Shown here piece by piece: positions 25,235 to 36,584 of a stretch of DNA of 64,000 nucleotides. The translations under genes were made by a program, and so were the position numbers. How positions within the stretch are numbered: the first letter of the stretch is position 1; each line of letters opens with the position of its first letter. Source of the stretch: Cyanophora paradoxa CCMP329 (Eukaryota > Plantae > Glaucophyta). Under the pieces are notes generated by a model. The model ran no database searches. It was not told where the DNA came from and was given only the letters and a program-made list of their open reading frames with translations. The stretch is taken from the NCBI GenBank assembly GCA_004431415.1, contig QPMI01000062.1, forward strand, positions 496,001 through 560,000, read 5' to 3'.

Positions 25235-28200
25235 TAGCCGCCGCCGCCGCCGCCGCCTCCTCTGCGGTCGTCGTACCCGCCTCTCCGGTCATCGTATCCG
25301 CCTCGCCGGTCGTCGTACCCGCCTCGCCGGTCGTCGTACCCGCCTCTCCGATCGCCGTACCCACGATCGTCCCGGCTGCCGCCAGCGCGGATAAGGTGAC
25401 GGGCGCAAAGGCGGTGCACGAGAGGGCCAGACCGGTCACGCGAGTCGTCACGCCTGTCGTACCCCCGATCCCTGTCCCTCCGGTCGTCGTACCCCCGCCT
25501 GTCATCGTAGCCGCCGCCGCCGCCACCTCCGTAGCTGTTGCGGCCACCGCCGCCTCCGCCATAGCCGCCACCGCCGCGGCCGCCGCCTCCGCCGTACCCG
25601 CCGCCGCCTCCGCCATAGCCGCCGCCGCCGCCGCCGTAGCCGCCGCGACCGCCGCCGCCGTAGCCGCCGCCGTTGCCGAAGCTGTTGCGGCCCTGCTCGT
25701 GGGCGCCGAGGCCGGAGACGACCATGCGGCCGACGGCGGACTGGTTCATGCGCAGGCGCGGGCCCATCGCCAGCACGTCCGCCTCGTCCAGCACCTGTCG
25801 CCGCGCGTCAGCGGGGCGGGCGAGCGGTGCGCGGCGGGGCGGGGCGGGGCGGGGGGGGGGGGGGGGGGAGGGGGGAGGGAGGGGGGGGGGCGGGCCTTCT
25901 CGGGCATCTTGACGCCCGGGAGGATGCGGCACTCGTGCGCGTGGAGCTCCGGGAAGAAGTAGAAGGCGGAGGCGATGAGGGTCTTCGGGATGGGCTCGAA
26001 GTCGAACTCGGCCGGCGAGCGCACCATCGCGCCGATCGGCACCGCCTCCGCCATTGCGCTCATGCGCCCCGCGATGTTCCCGCTTAGCGCCGCGTCCACC
26101 TCCACGGGGGTGAAGTCCTTCGGGGGGAACGAGGGGTAGAGGCGGCAGACGGCCGGCCCGAGGGCGTTGTGGACCGAGTGGAGGAAGAGGATGTTCTCGC
26201 CGAACGAGTTGCGGCGGGCCTCCTCGGGCGTCAGGGTCGCCTCGAGGGGCCGCACGGCGGCGAGCAGGCGCTCCTCGTCGATGAAGGGGAGCAGGGCGAC
26301 GGCCTGCCACGCGAAGCGCTTCCCGTTCATGTCCAGCTTGAAGTCCTCCGGGTAGAAGTCGATGATGGGCGACTCGGGCTCGCTCATGAGCTTGCGGTAG
26401 GCGGGCGGGAGGGCGTGGGAGGAGGCGGCGGGGAAGACGCCCATGAGCTGCTCGAAGGGCTTGAAGGGCGTCCCGAGCTCGAAGTTGATCTCGATTTGGT
26501 CGAGGTTGACGAGGTCCGAGGCGAACGGGGCGTAGTGGAAGGGGAAGTACCACGTCCAAGAGGCGCACCCCTGGTAGTAGTACTGCATCACCCAGCACAG
26601 GCCCGTCACGTACGCCTGGTACACCCTGCGGGGAGGTCAGGCGGGCCGGCGGCGCGCGCGCGGGGCGGGGGCGGGGGCCGAACCGCTTGCGCTGCTCGGT
26701 GCCGGCGCCGTAGTCGGGCCCGAGCTTGAGGCGGTAGTAGCGGTCCTTCCAGCCGGGCTCGCCGAGGGCGACCTCGTCGGGGCCCTGCTCCGGCTCGTTC
26801 TTCGCCTTCAGGATCCCCTCCAGCATCTTCGTGAAGTCTTCCGCCGCCGCCTTGTTCTTCGCCGCGTCCGGCGCCCCCGCCGCCCCGCCCGCCGCCCCCG
26901 CCTCCTCCGTGCCCGGCGGCGCCTCCGACGAGGGCGCCGCCACAGCGCTCCCGTCGCTCGCCTTGACGCGCTTCGCCGGCGGCTCGTCCACCGGCGGCGG
27001 TGAGGGCGAGGGCGAGGGCGCGGAGTCGGCGGGGGGCGAGGGCGAGGGGCCGGGGGCGAGGGCGAGGGGCCGGGGCGCCGGGGAGGGGTCGGGGCGGGGG
27101 CGGGGGCGCCGGTCATGGCGGCGCGGAGGGCGCGGGCGGCGGCCTTGTTGGCCTCGGCGTCCTGCGCGGCCTGCGCGGCGCGCTCGCGCTCGATGTCCCG
27201 CGAGGGGCCGAAGCCGTCGCGCTCGCGGCGGCCCTCCCAGCCGCGCTCCCGCTGCACCGCTACGGGCTGGAGCCCCGCCGGCAGGCTGCTCGCGTTCCGG
27301 AACGCCTCCGTGTCCGACACGCGCCTCCGGTCCCCTTCCCGCATCCACTCGTTCCCGTCCCGGCCGCCGCCGCCGTAGCCGCCGCCGCCGTAGCCGCCGC
27401 GCCCGCCGCGGTACCCGCCGCCGCCGCCGCGCCCGCCGGGGTCGGAGATGCGGCCGGGGCGGTCGCCGAAGAACATGCCCTGCTCCCGCTGCTCCTTCTG
27501 GCGCTGCATCTGGTCCTGCCGCCGCTTGCGCGCTTTCTGCCGCTCCTCGCGCTCCTTGCGGCGGAGGAAGATCTCGTCCTCGATGAGCCCCAGCTCGTGG
27601 ATGAAGATCTCCACGCGCGCCAGGTTGATCCGCCCGTTCTCGCTCAGGTACCCTGCGGCGCAATTCAGCGCCCGCCCCCGGAAGGGCGAGGAGAGGAGGG
27701 GCGGGCACCGCCGAGGCGGGGGAGGACGGTCTTGTAGAGCTCCATGAGCTTGTCGATGGCGCCCTCGCGGATCTCGAGGGAGGGCATGTGCGGGAGGAAG
27801 TCGTTGCCCACGAAGCAGCACATGAACACGTAGTCGTCCACCACGCGCTCCAGGTCGTAGCCGAAGGGCACGCCGGCGAGCTCCGTCTTGAACTCCTGGT
27901 CCAGGTACTCGCGCAGCACGGAGACGACGAGGAACTGGAACGGCTTCTTCTCCATCTTGGCGCTCTTCCCCTCGAACGTCTCCTTCGACTTCTCCAGCCC
28001 TGGCACGTTCCTTTAGAGAGGGGAGGAAAGGCGCCGGCGGGGCGGGGGGCACCCTGGCAGTCTGCGGCGAGGTGGCCGGACTGGCCACAGGTGAAGCACT
28101 TCTGCTCGCCGCGGACGAAGACCTGCTCGCGCAGGATCCAGAAATGCGGCTCGTGCGTCGCCATGGAGAGCATGATCAGGTCCGCGTCCTGCCCGCCCGC

Positions 28201-29252
28201 TCAGCGGCGCGGCGGGCGCGGCCGGCCGGGCCTTGGGGGCCGCACCAGGCCGTAGATCACGTGCTTGGTGTTCGGGTCGTGCCCGTCGTGCGTCCGCTGC
28301 CGCCGGATGAAGTCCATGATCTTGTGCTCGCCCTCCCCCGGCACGCTCGCGTCCGAGAGCAGGACCTTGACCTGGCCGGCCGGTCGGCGGCGCGGGGCGG
28401 GGCGGGTGGGGCCGGGGGCGGATGCTCACCCCCTTCCAGCCGGCGTCCGTGTTCATGCGGTCGTGGATGTAGTAGCGGAGGGCCTGGGCGAGGCGGTCCA
28501 TGAAGGCCGTCCCGGGCGTGATCACGTTCGAGTCGAACGAGTGGCCCTTCTTCTTCTCGGGCACGTCGAGCCCCTGCGCGATCCACTCCTGCCGCAGCCT
28601 CTCTTCCTCGTCCTCCTTTTCCTTCATCTCCTTCGCAGCGCGGAAGCGCCGCGACCTCTGCTGATTCATCTTCGCCCTCGGCGCGACGCCATCTGGCCTT
28701 CCAGTGAGGAGAGGGGGTGGAAACGCCGATACGGAGCTCTCACCGATGGCCATAAAGAGCAGCTTCCGCGGGCGGACCATCCCGAACAGGCGGTCGATGT
28801 ACTCGAAGATGTTCTGCATGATCTCCTCCTCCGAGCCAGGGGCAGGCTGGAACGCATCCGCAACGTGAGCCTTAAGCAGACGTACGAAGGCGAGGACTGC
28901 GTACGCACCCGATCCTCTGCAGGGACCGGACGCGGGGAGCACTCGCGTTAGCTCGGCGGGGGGCGGGCGGGGCGCAGCGCACCAGGATGACTGCAAGGGT
29001 GGATAATTCCTGGTAGGGGAGCGAAGAGTAAGGCCGGGCCGCTGCCCGCCTCGCGGAACAGAAGCTACACGCTTGCCGCGGCGCACCGTTCATGTCCAGG
29101 TAGAGGGCGTCGAACTCCCCGTTGGGGTTCGGCAGCGACGTATCCACCGGCACTTCGACATCGCCCACGTTCTGCCCCTCCTCCTCGATGACGTCTACTA
29201 CAATCTTCGGATACTTCTGGCTAAGCCACCTGTAGAAGCTCGGGACTCCCAT
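24889..29252 (-). CDS. XRN2: 5'-3' exoribonuclease 2 (Rat1/XRN2 family) with CCHC knuckle and RGG/YDDRR/poly-Q tail
   Basis: [26 protein letters not shown]|[89 protein letters not shown] and [10 protein letters not shown]. Confidence 0.96.
25261..25362 (-). repeat. About five copies of a 21-bp coding tandem repeat encoding GGYDDRR in the XRN2 C-terminus
   Basis: Units TCTGCGGTCGTCGTACCCGCC / TCTCCGGTCATCGTATCCGCC / TCGCCGGTCGTCGTACCCGCC x2, plus one partial unit. Confidence 0.9.
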
Positions 29253-29357
29253 CCTCGCCGGAAAGCGAGGACCGCGAGAGAGCTTCGAACAAAGCGTACC
29301 CCCCTTCCGACAAGCGACCGCGAATTCGAAGCCTGTGCACACAAGCGTTCGAGAGCG

Positions 29358-32300
29358 ATGTCGGCACCGTCCGATGAGCGCGGCCTGGCGAGCGCAACCG
29401 CCGGAGCCGAGCCGGACGCCGTCGCGCAGTCGGACGCGAGTGCGCTGGACGGCGCGGACGCGCGCGCTGGCGAGCGCGGGGGAGACGATCGCACCGCGAC
29501 CGCATCGCCCGCAGGTGCGGTCGAAGACGGCGCCGCGTCGGCGAGCGCCAGCGCTCAGGCGGCGAGCGGTCCGGACGAGGACGCGCGAGCGGCTGGACCG
29601 GTCCTCATGCTCCCATCCGCTGCCGCATGGCATTCTAGCACCGCGATCGCATGGGCGCGAGACCCCGTCCAGCCGGAGATCAGCTACCTCGCGTACGCTT
29701 CCAAGAACGTCGTGCGGCTCGTCTGTCCAACGACGCGGGCGCCACTCGGCACTCTGATAGGTCACGCCAACCGCGTCTCTTCCATCTGCCTGTTCGCCGG
29801 GCAAGCGGAGGGCTCACGCGTTCTGTACTGTGCCTCGGGGGCCGCGGACCGCTCCGTCCGCCTGTGGAACGTACGCACGCGGTCTCTAGTCTCCTCACAT
29901 GCAGCGCACAAGGTTCGCGCTTCGTGCGATGTGCGCGCGGCCGCACCCGGCCTCATCTTGGTCGATCGCAGGTCGAGGCGACGTGCGTCTCTGCATCGCC
30001 CTGCTCTTCCCGTGGGCTTGTCGTGTCCGGTACGAGGGATGTTTTTTATCGACACCTTGATGTAGGCATAAACTGCGCTCTCTCTCAGGGGACAAGGAGG
30101 GAAAGCTCGTGATATGGAGGTTCACAGATGGTCAACCCAAGGACGGAATGGTCCTAATCGAAGGGGCGGGCATCTCCTGTGTGCTATGCTCCCCTTTCAA
30201 CGAGAACGAAGTCGCAGTCGGGTGCATATCTGCATGGTTCTCGAGTCTCTTATTAGCACTGACCCATGGCCATGCTTAAGTTTCACGAGTGGCGTTGTTG
30301 CGATAGTGGATCTTGTGCAACGTGCCATTGTGAAGAAGATGCAGCACCACGACGAGGTTCTCTCGCTTACATGGGCACCACCCTTCGTCGGCGAGCACGT
30401 GCAAAGTGAAGCGCCAGGTATTCCCTTGATCAAGTTAGAAGTGCCTCTGGCATCCGTGAAATCTTTCTGCCCGCAGCCTCCAATCCGAATCAGCTTTTGG
30501 CATCTTCATCGCGTGACAAAACGATTAGGATATGGGACACGAACATTGGGAAGGTCCGTGAATTGTCCATTGTGTCTTCGTTTATGTAATCCAATGTCAC
30601 CAGCTGGTCACCATGCTTTCGGTCCCCAAACCATCAAGACCCTTGACCGATGCGCAAAAGGCGCGTATATGGATATCCTGTGTTTGGTGCCCATATGACC
30701 GAAACCTGCTTGTTTCAAGCTCACAAGCGTGAGTGCCCGTTGACACTTTTGAACTTCAGAGCCAGCCATTCGTTTTTCTCTCTCTGAGCTGCTGTTGCTG
30801 CAGGGGTGATCTTCTGGCGTGGGATCTGGGGAGTGAGCGCCCTGCGGCTTCGAAGTTCGCGAACGGGCATCCAAGATCTATCTTTGCAATTGCTTTCTCG
30901 CCTTCCAGACCTGTTGGCTGTGTCACAGTATCTCTCGACCGGCAGGTAACGAGCTAATCTTTTTCTGCATTCCTGCTTGTTCTTAGTGGCTCTGCAGATT
31001 GGCATGTGGGATGTGCCCAGCCGCTCGTTGCAGTGGATGCTTCCTGGACTTGGTGGCTACGTGTATTCGCTGGACTTTTCGCCAGCATCAACACCACCGT
31101 GTGTGGCAGTCGGCTCTGGTGAAGGCACTGTGAGGTTGTGGTATCAGAACAACCCCTCAGACCCTTACAAGACTGTTCTCATCTGGAATGGCATCCAAGC
31201 TTCCAAAGTTACTGCGGTAAACACTGGGGCTGCCTGTGCAGTGTTGCTCTCGGAGATGATGACTTTCACATACAGGTGGCATGGCACCCTTCAAAGCGAG
31301 GCTTGCTGGCTCTTGGGACTGATGAGGGCCATGTCGGCTTTGTGGACACGACGTCAGGTGGCCAGAGTGCCAAGTGCACCATGATGAAGACGAGGCATAG
31401 AGGAACTGTGTACGAGCTTGCATGGCAACCATCCTCAAGCACTGGTTCTTTCTCCCTCCAAATTCCTTTGAGCTGCTTAGTGCTTATCCCCGTGCAGAGA
31501 GCAAACTGGCAATCTTCAGCTGTGGGGCAGATGGTCTGCTTTGCATGTGGAACCCGGAGCGTCCTGAAGAAAAGCCTTTGGACATTGGGTCCTTGATAAG
31601 CACTCAGCTTGAAGAAGCAAGCGTATGCACCACGTTTGCAGTTCGAAGTATGCTTTTCATTTTTGTTGAATTCCGCTTTGCAGATCAAGAGCAAGGTCAC
31701 AGAGTTCACGCTGAGTCTATCTGGGCACGAGCTTGGAATTGGCTTTGACGATGGCAGCGTGGTTGCCTTCCTTGTAAATTCATCTAACGACAGCATTCAT
31801 CCTGGCTTTCGCCTACAATGCAAGACCAAGCCGCATTCACAGCTCGTCAACAGGATGCGCTGGGGCCCGAAACCTGAAGGTGTCCATACTCTTTGCATCA
31901 TTCAAGTTACCTTCCAGTGCCTAACAGCTGTGCATTCAGACCATCTCTTGGCTTCTGCCTCAGATGATGGCACTGTCGTTGTGTCCTCCATCACGATGGA
32001 AGGTGCCCACCGCAACCTTGGCAGGTTAATTCTGCCGACCATCTCTAAATGCCCGAGGGCTGCAGAGTTCTGCCAAGTTCTGAAGATCTCGCATCTGATG
32101 CCCGTCTCTGGACTAGCTTGGAGTCCCTGTGGAATATACATTGCATCAGGAAGCTTTGATGGCACCAGCCAAGTGCACAGATTTTCTGGGGTCCACTCAG
32201 ACCCATGCAGAATCAATTCATTCCCTGGCAGGTCTGGAATGTGACTGATAGCTCGCCTGTCTCTTTGCTTCGAGGCCACGAGAGTCGCATCTTTGCCGTA

Positions 32301-33561
32301 TCCTGGCATGCAACAGATAGTAATCTGGTCTTCACGGGCTCTGAAGATCAGACTGTAAGGATGTGGAACATCACTCAACATCCCTACAACAAGAATCTCA
32401 CTGGTATGTGCTTACCTGTCATATTCATTATTCCTTTGAGCTGAGAACGAGCACGTCTAGGGAAGAAGAAAACGAAGCCCAAGCCAGCAGCCGCTTCATC
32501 TCCTGAACCCAAGCCGACAGCATTATCATTGGCGGAAGATGGATCAGTGGAGGTCAAGCACACTGATAAGCAGGCTGCTCCATCACCAATTGAGGACAAA
32601 CCAGAAAGTGCAAAGCAAGGAGGGTCGTCCAGCGGCACAGCGAAACCCAAGAAGGTTTGTCTGTGGCTTCTAAGATACTGCATGCGGTGCTGAGGATTTG
32701 TTCTCTAGCCGCGGAGCCTTCTCCCTCTGAATGCTACTGCTTTGAGCTCTGGTCAAGCTACCAATAAAGAAGAGCCAGAAGAATCGAGTAGCAGCAAGGC
32801 CAGTGTTGCACGGAACATTGCATCTCTTCTTGAAGGTGGAAAGGAACTTGATGCCATGTTCGACGAAGAGAGTGCGTTGTTTGAGATTTGGCAAGCTTGT
32901 TTTACAGTAAACCATCTCGCAGTTCAGAACCACTGTGGGAAAGGCACTTTCGATGCTGCAGCAACACTCGAAATGTGGAGGGAGCACCCTGGTGCAGCTC
33001 TTTCAATCATGGCAGATTCTGGAAACCTCACACCGTCGTGGCTCGCCCTAGCACCGCTTGGTGTGCATTTGTTTTGGTAATTTTCCGGTTTTCACTGATT
33101 CATGTGTTTGTTGCAGCGGGACCTGAAGTTTGGAGAGTGCTCATGCATGCGAGAGCCACTCATCTTGAGGAACAGGGAGACATTCACCAGGCTGCATTGT
33201 ACTACCTTGCTTCTGAAGATTGCATCTCAGCCGTCCAGTGCTATAGGAAAGCGGAAATGTATCGGTTCGTGCTTGCCATCCTATTTGTCGCCATGCATAT
33301 GCAAATGTTTCCAGCATCTGACGCTGTTTCATAGGGAAGCAATTGCACTGGGCAGAACAAGAGGAACAGACCCTCTGATCCTTCGGGATCTTTATGCAGA
33401 GTGGGCTGTGGTGCTGGAGCTGCAAGGCAACAAACTGCTTGCCGAGCGATGGTACGTGCTCGTCAGCCCTGACGACCTTGCTGATGATGAGCATGTGCTG
33501 ACACGCAAGTAGCAAACGTGCCGCAGATGCTTTTGGGGAAGGCTCGCCTCCAACATCCTAA
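29358..33561 (+). CDS. GEMIN5: Gem-associated protein 5 homolog (WD40 propellers + TPR-like region)
   Basis: [47 protein letters not shown]...[11 protein letters not shown]|[36 protein letters not shown]|AGPEVW, and [12 protein letters not shown]...MY|REAIALGR match Gemin5-specific segments. Spliced stop TAA at 33559-33561. Confidence 0.85.
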
Positions 33562-33591
33562 GCATTTTGTATTTGAAAAACAGCACAATTA

Positions 33592-35505
33592 TCATATTGC
33601 TGCTTCGAGGGTTACTCTTTCTACATCCAGAGTCACCAAATTCACAAGAACGATAGAGCCAGTTTGAGCGAAGGTTGGAATGGTCACAAGTCTGCACTTC
33701 TGCCCCTGTGGCCCTAGGAGATACTGCTGTCAGATTGAAATCTTCGAGATTGGCAGACTGTATGCACCTGTAACGAGCTTGGTCCCAAACTCGGATTGAT
33801 TCCCTGCAAAGTAGAGGTCCGGGCACTCCGATATTATGAATGGGTCCTCGTCATGATAGGGGTAGCAGCCTGTGGCAAGGTTCAGGAGCTGCGTTCAGGA
33901 GTTGCCAGCAAAGCAAAAGCTGCCATGCCCACCCAGCGTGTCTGGGGCAGTCGGAGCAATGTGACGCCATTCAAGTGTCCGTTCCAATGCATCGAGAGGC
34001 GAGGTCAGAGTGGTGTATTTCAAGATGTCCTCGATAGTCTGGCCAGAAACCCCTAGCAAGCTGTTTTGAAGATCAGCACACATTCGAAAAGCAATCATGT
34101 CAGTGGTCGAACCGTTTGCCATCTAGCTTGCATTCGTATGGGTTTGTGACAGCATTGAATGTAGAGAACTTTGCTGAAAGAGGAAGCAGGCAGCGATGCA
34201 TGGGTTGCTGTGGGAGGGTGTTGTTTGAAGGATCGGCTCCACCAGGCATGACGTCCACAGGAAGGGATGTGCAGAGTTCTGAGATCATCATATCCAAGTC
34301 CTTTACCATTGCTGCAAGGCTTGCTTGCTGTCGCTTTGCATTGGCCTGCAATTCGAGAAATTCGTCAGACCAAAACAAATTAGAGCTGACAAAACTGTCT
34401 CACGTTTGTTCGCTTCCAGGATGCCTGATCAGACGTTTCGCCTGCATCTTCCGCGGTGAGCAGTGAGTCGCCTGCAACAATGATGCGAACGGTCTGTGAT
34501 GCAAGGCTCTCCTGGCAAGCTTGATTTAGGAATCATGCAACTCATCCGAACTTGCGGGGCGCTCACGCTGCTGGATCCCAGCTGGCCAGTGAAGTAATCC
34601 ACAAGTAGTTGTGAGAGAAGAGGATTCCTGTCTTGCTCGCCCACACGCAGGCCTGACACAAGGGCTGCAAAGGCGCCATCAGAACACGAAACACTCCCTG
34701 CTTCTAGGGTAATACTAACCGACATATTTGGGCTTCGGGGACGCCGGAACCGCCGCAGGGACCTGGGCTGGGATGCCAGCAAAGCAGATGTCTTCCACCT
34801 GGAACTCTCCGCTGGCCAGGGCGCTCCCCATCAAAGCCACGATCACACCTGAACGCTTTCATCACGATCTGCTGGCTGAGACCACACACTCGCACACGCA
34901 CCAGTTACGAGGGAGTCAATCTGCTCCTTCTGCATGACCAGCCGAACGCGGCCATACGCATCTTCGAGAATAGCGACGTCGTCCTTGTCCACAAAGTTCT
35001 TCTCCGATATCTGGAGCTCCGAAGCGAAGCGCTGCGCTGGGCGTCGGAGAGCAGCCGCGCGTCGCGCGGTGGGTTGTCGCGTACATCCTTCTCGAGCTGC
35101 TTCAAGATGGATGGCTTCTGCGGCATTTCCTTGTACATTGTGCCTGTAAGAATGACGCGCTGGCCCTCCTTGATGTCCAGCGTGCGCGTCGCGATCTGCA
35201 GGTCTGGTGCGCAGTTGCACGTTCAGCGGCGGGCTGCGCGAGCTGCAGGCGCGCGGGGCGGACCTTCAGATTGCCACTTCTTCTGCGCGGCATCGCGTAC
35301 GAATCTCTCCAGCTTCTTCAGGCGCACGAAGTACAAGCTAGAGTACTGCTGCTGAAAAGCCTTCCTCTCCAGCACAAAGCGGGACGACACGTCGTGTCTG
35401 TGACGTCATCAGTCAGTCGTCTCTCGCTCAGGGGCCGAGGCCGCAGCGCCGCCCGCGCCGTACGCACGCCGCCGTCGACCGCGCCACCGCCACGTCCTCG
35501 ACCAT
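33592..35505 (-). CDS. POLD2: DNA polymerase delta small subunit
   Basis: QQYSSLYFVRL, GTMYKEMPQKPSIL, ILEDAYGRVRL, LVSGL, QLLVDYFTGQLG, VDVMPGGADPSNNTLPQQPMHRCL, CPDLYFAGNQ and RLVTIPTFAQTGSIVLVNL. Confidence 0.95.
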
Positions 35506-35661
35506 TGCGAGAGCGCGTGTCTAGCGCTCTATGTGCTCTAAACTAGCTCCGGCAGGCGCCGCCGCGCGCTGGAGTCGCTCAGGTGGTTGGCGCGCTGTGG
35601 AAAAAAGTCGATTTGAAAAGGCCGTACAGTGTTTTCGCCGGGGTACTGTCTCACCGAACGG
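35506..35661. promoter_or_regulatory. Bidirectional promoter POLD2 / securin-like gene with candidate cell-cycle motifs
   Basis: 156 bp between ATGs. TTGGCGCG (E2F-like, 35587-35594), TTTGAA (CHR-like, 35612-35617), GGGGTAC (35640-35646) and AACGG (MSA core, 35657-35661). The motifs are short, so function is inferred. Confidence 0.4.
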
Positions 35662-36416
35662 ATGGCTTCGGTGCTTCTGGCGAAGGAGAACGAGCGAGCT
35701 GTGCTGGGCGGGAGCTCCAAGGGCTTGGGGCTTCGCAGCGTCAACCAGCCCACCCCCGCCGAGCCCGGTGCGGAGATTCCACGCGTTCGTCTCGCGTAGG
35801 CAGACGGCTGACGCCCGGCCCTCGCAGCCCAAAAGAAAGTGCTTCAGGATGCATCCAAGCCTCGGAGAGCTCTCGGCGACATCACAAACAACAAGTCGGG
35901 CGGCGACAGCTCGAAATCAGTGAAGGGCCAGAAGCCGGCGGCGAAGCCCAGCAGACAAGTAGAGCCCTTCGTGGATGTGCCGCAGAAGCAGGCCGAAGAG
36001 GACTTTGAGATCCCGGACATGCCTCACCGGCACCCGCCGGGCCCGCCGCCGCTGCCGAACCTCACGCACCTAATCGGGCCGCTGGCTGAGTTCGTGGAGG
36101 CCCTTGAGAAGAAGAGGCCGATGCCGAAGATGCCTTACGAGGTCGTGCCGGATCCACCTGAGTACAAGGAGATCGAGTATGCCGAGCTGGAGCCCGCGCC
36201 CGTCTTCAGCAGCCTGGATGATAACCCATCGCTGGGTGCGCTTTGCGCAGCACAGCGACCGCCGACGCGCTCTGAACCTCTCGCGCAGGTGCGCTTCAGC
36301 AGCGGATAGACGATTCGGCGGAGGACGACGAACTGGATCGGGAACTGTTCCGGAAGACGATCCCCCTGGAGGAGCTGCTCATAGACGACTTCAGAGTCCC
36401 CGAAACTGATAACTAG
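35662..36416 (+). CDS. Small KEN-box/D-box protein, securin (PTTG/Pds1/PATRONUS)-like candidate
   Basis: Three exons splice in frame (introns 35768-35827 and about 36236-36288): MASVLLAKENERAVL...KPRRALGDITNNK...DFEIPDMP...PPEYKEIEYAELEPAP...DDFRVPETDN*. Confidence 0.65.
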
Positions 36417-36584
36417 TAGCACACCTCGTGAAGCTCCACTTCCCGCCCCATCTCCATAGTATCTAGGGGCATGTACGTAGGTTACTTATTCGATTCCGCT
36501 CTTTGCTGTTCTGCCTCCCATTGCGAATTTGCGATGCGCACGCGATCGTGTGGGCGTAGACGTAGTGGTTATTATCACAAGCGT

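Noticed and set aside
25261-25362. CRISPR-like array
   Set aside because: The 21-bp units are contiguous with no unique spacers, and they encode GGYDDRR in frame.
12376-28255. Many long overlapping Arg/Pro/Gly/Ala-rich ORFs (also at 47000-60900)
   Set aside because: These are shadow frames caused by very high GC and stop-codon scarcity. Only the motif-bearing segments are credible exons.
30100-34900. Horizontal transfer island suggested by low GC
   Set aside because: The region holds intron-rich core eukaryotic genes whose 5' ends grade into host-like composition.
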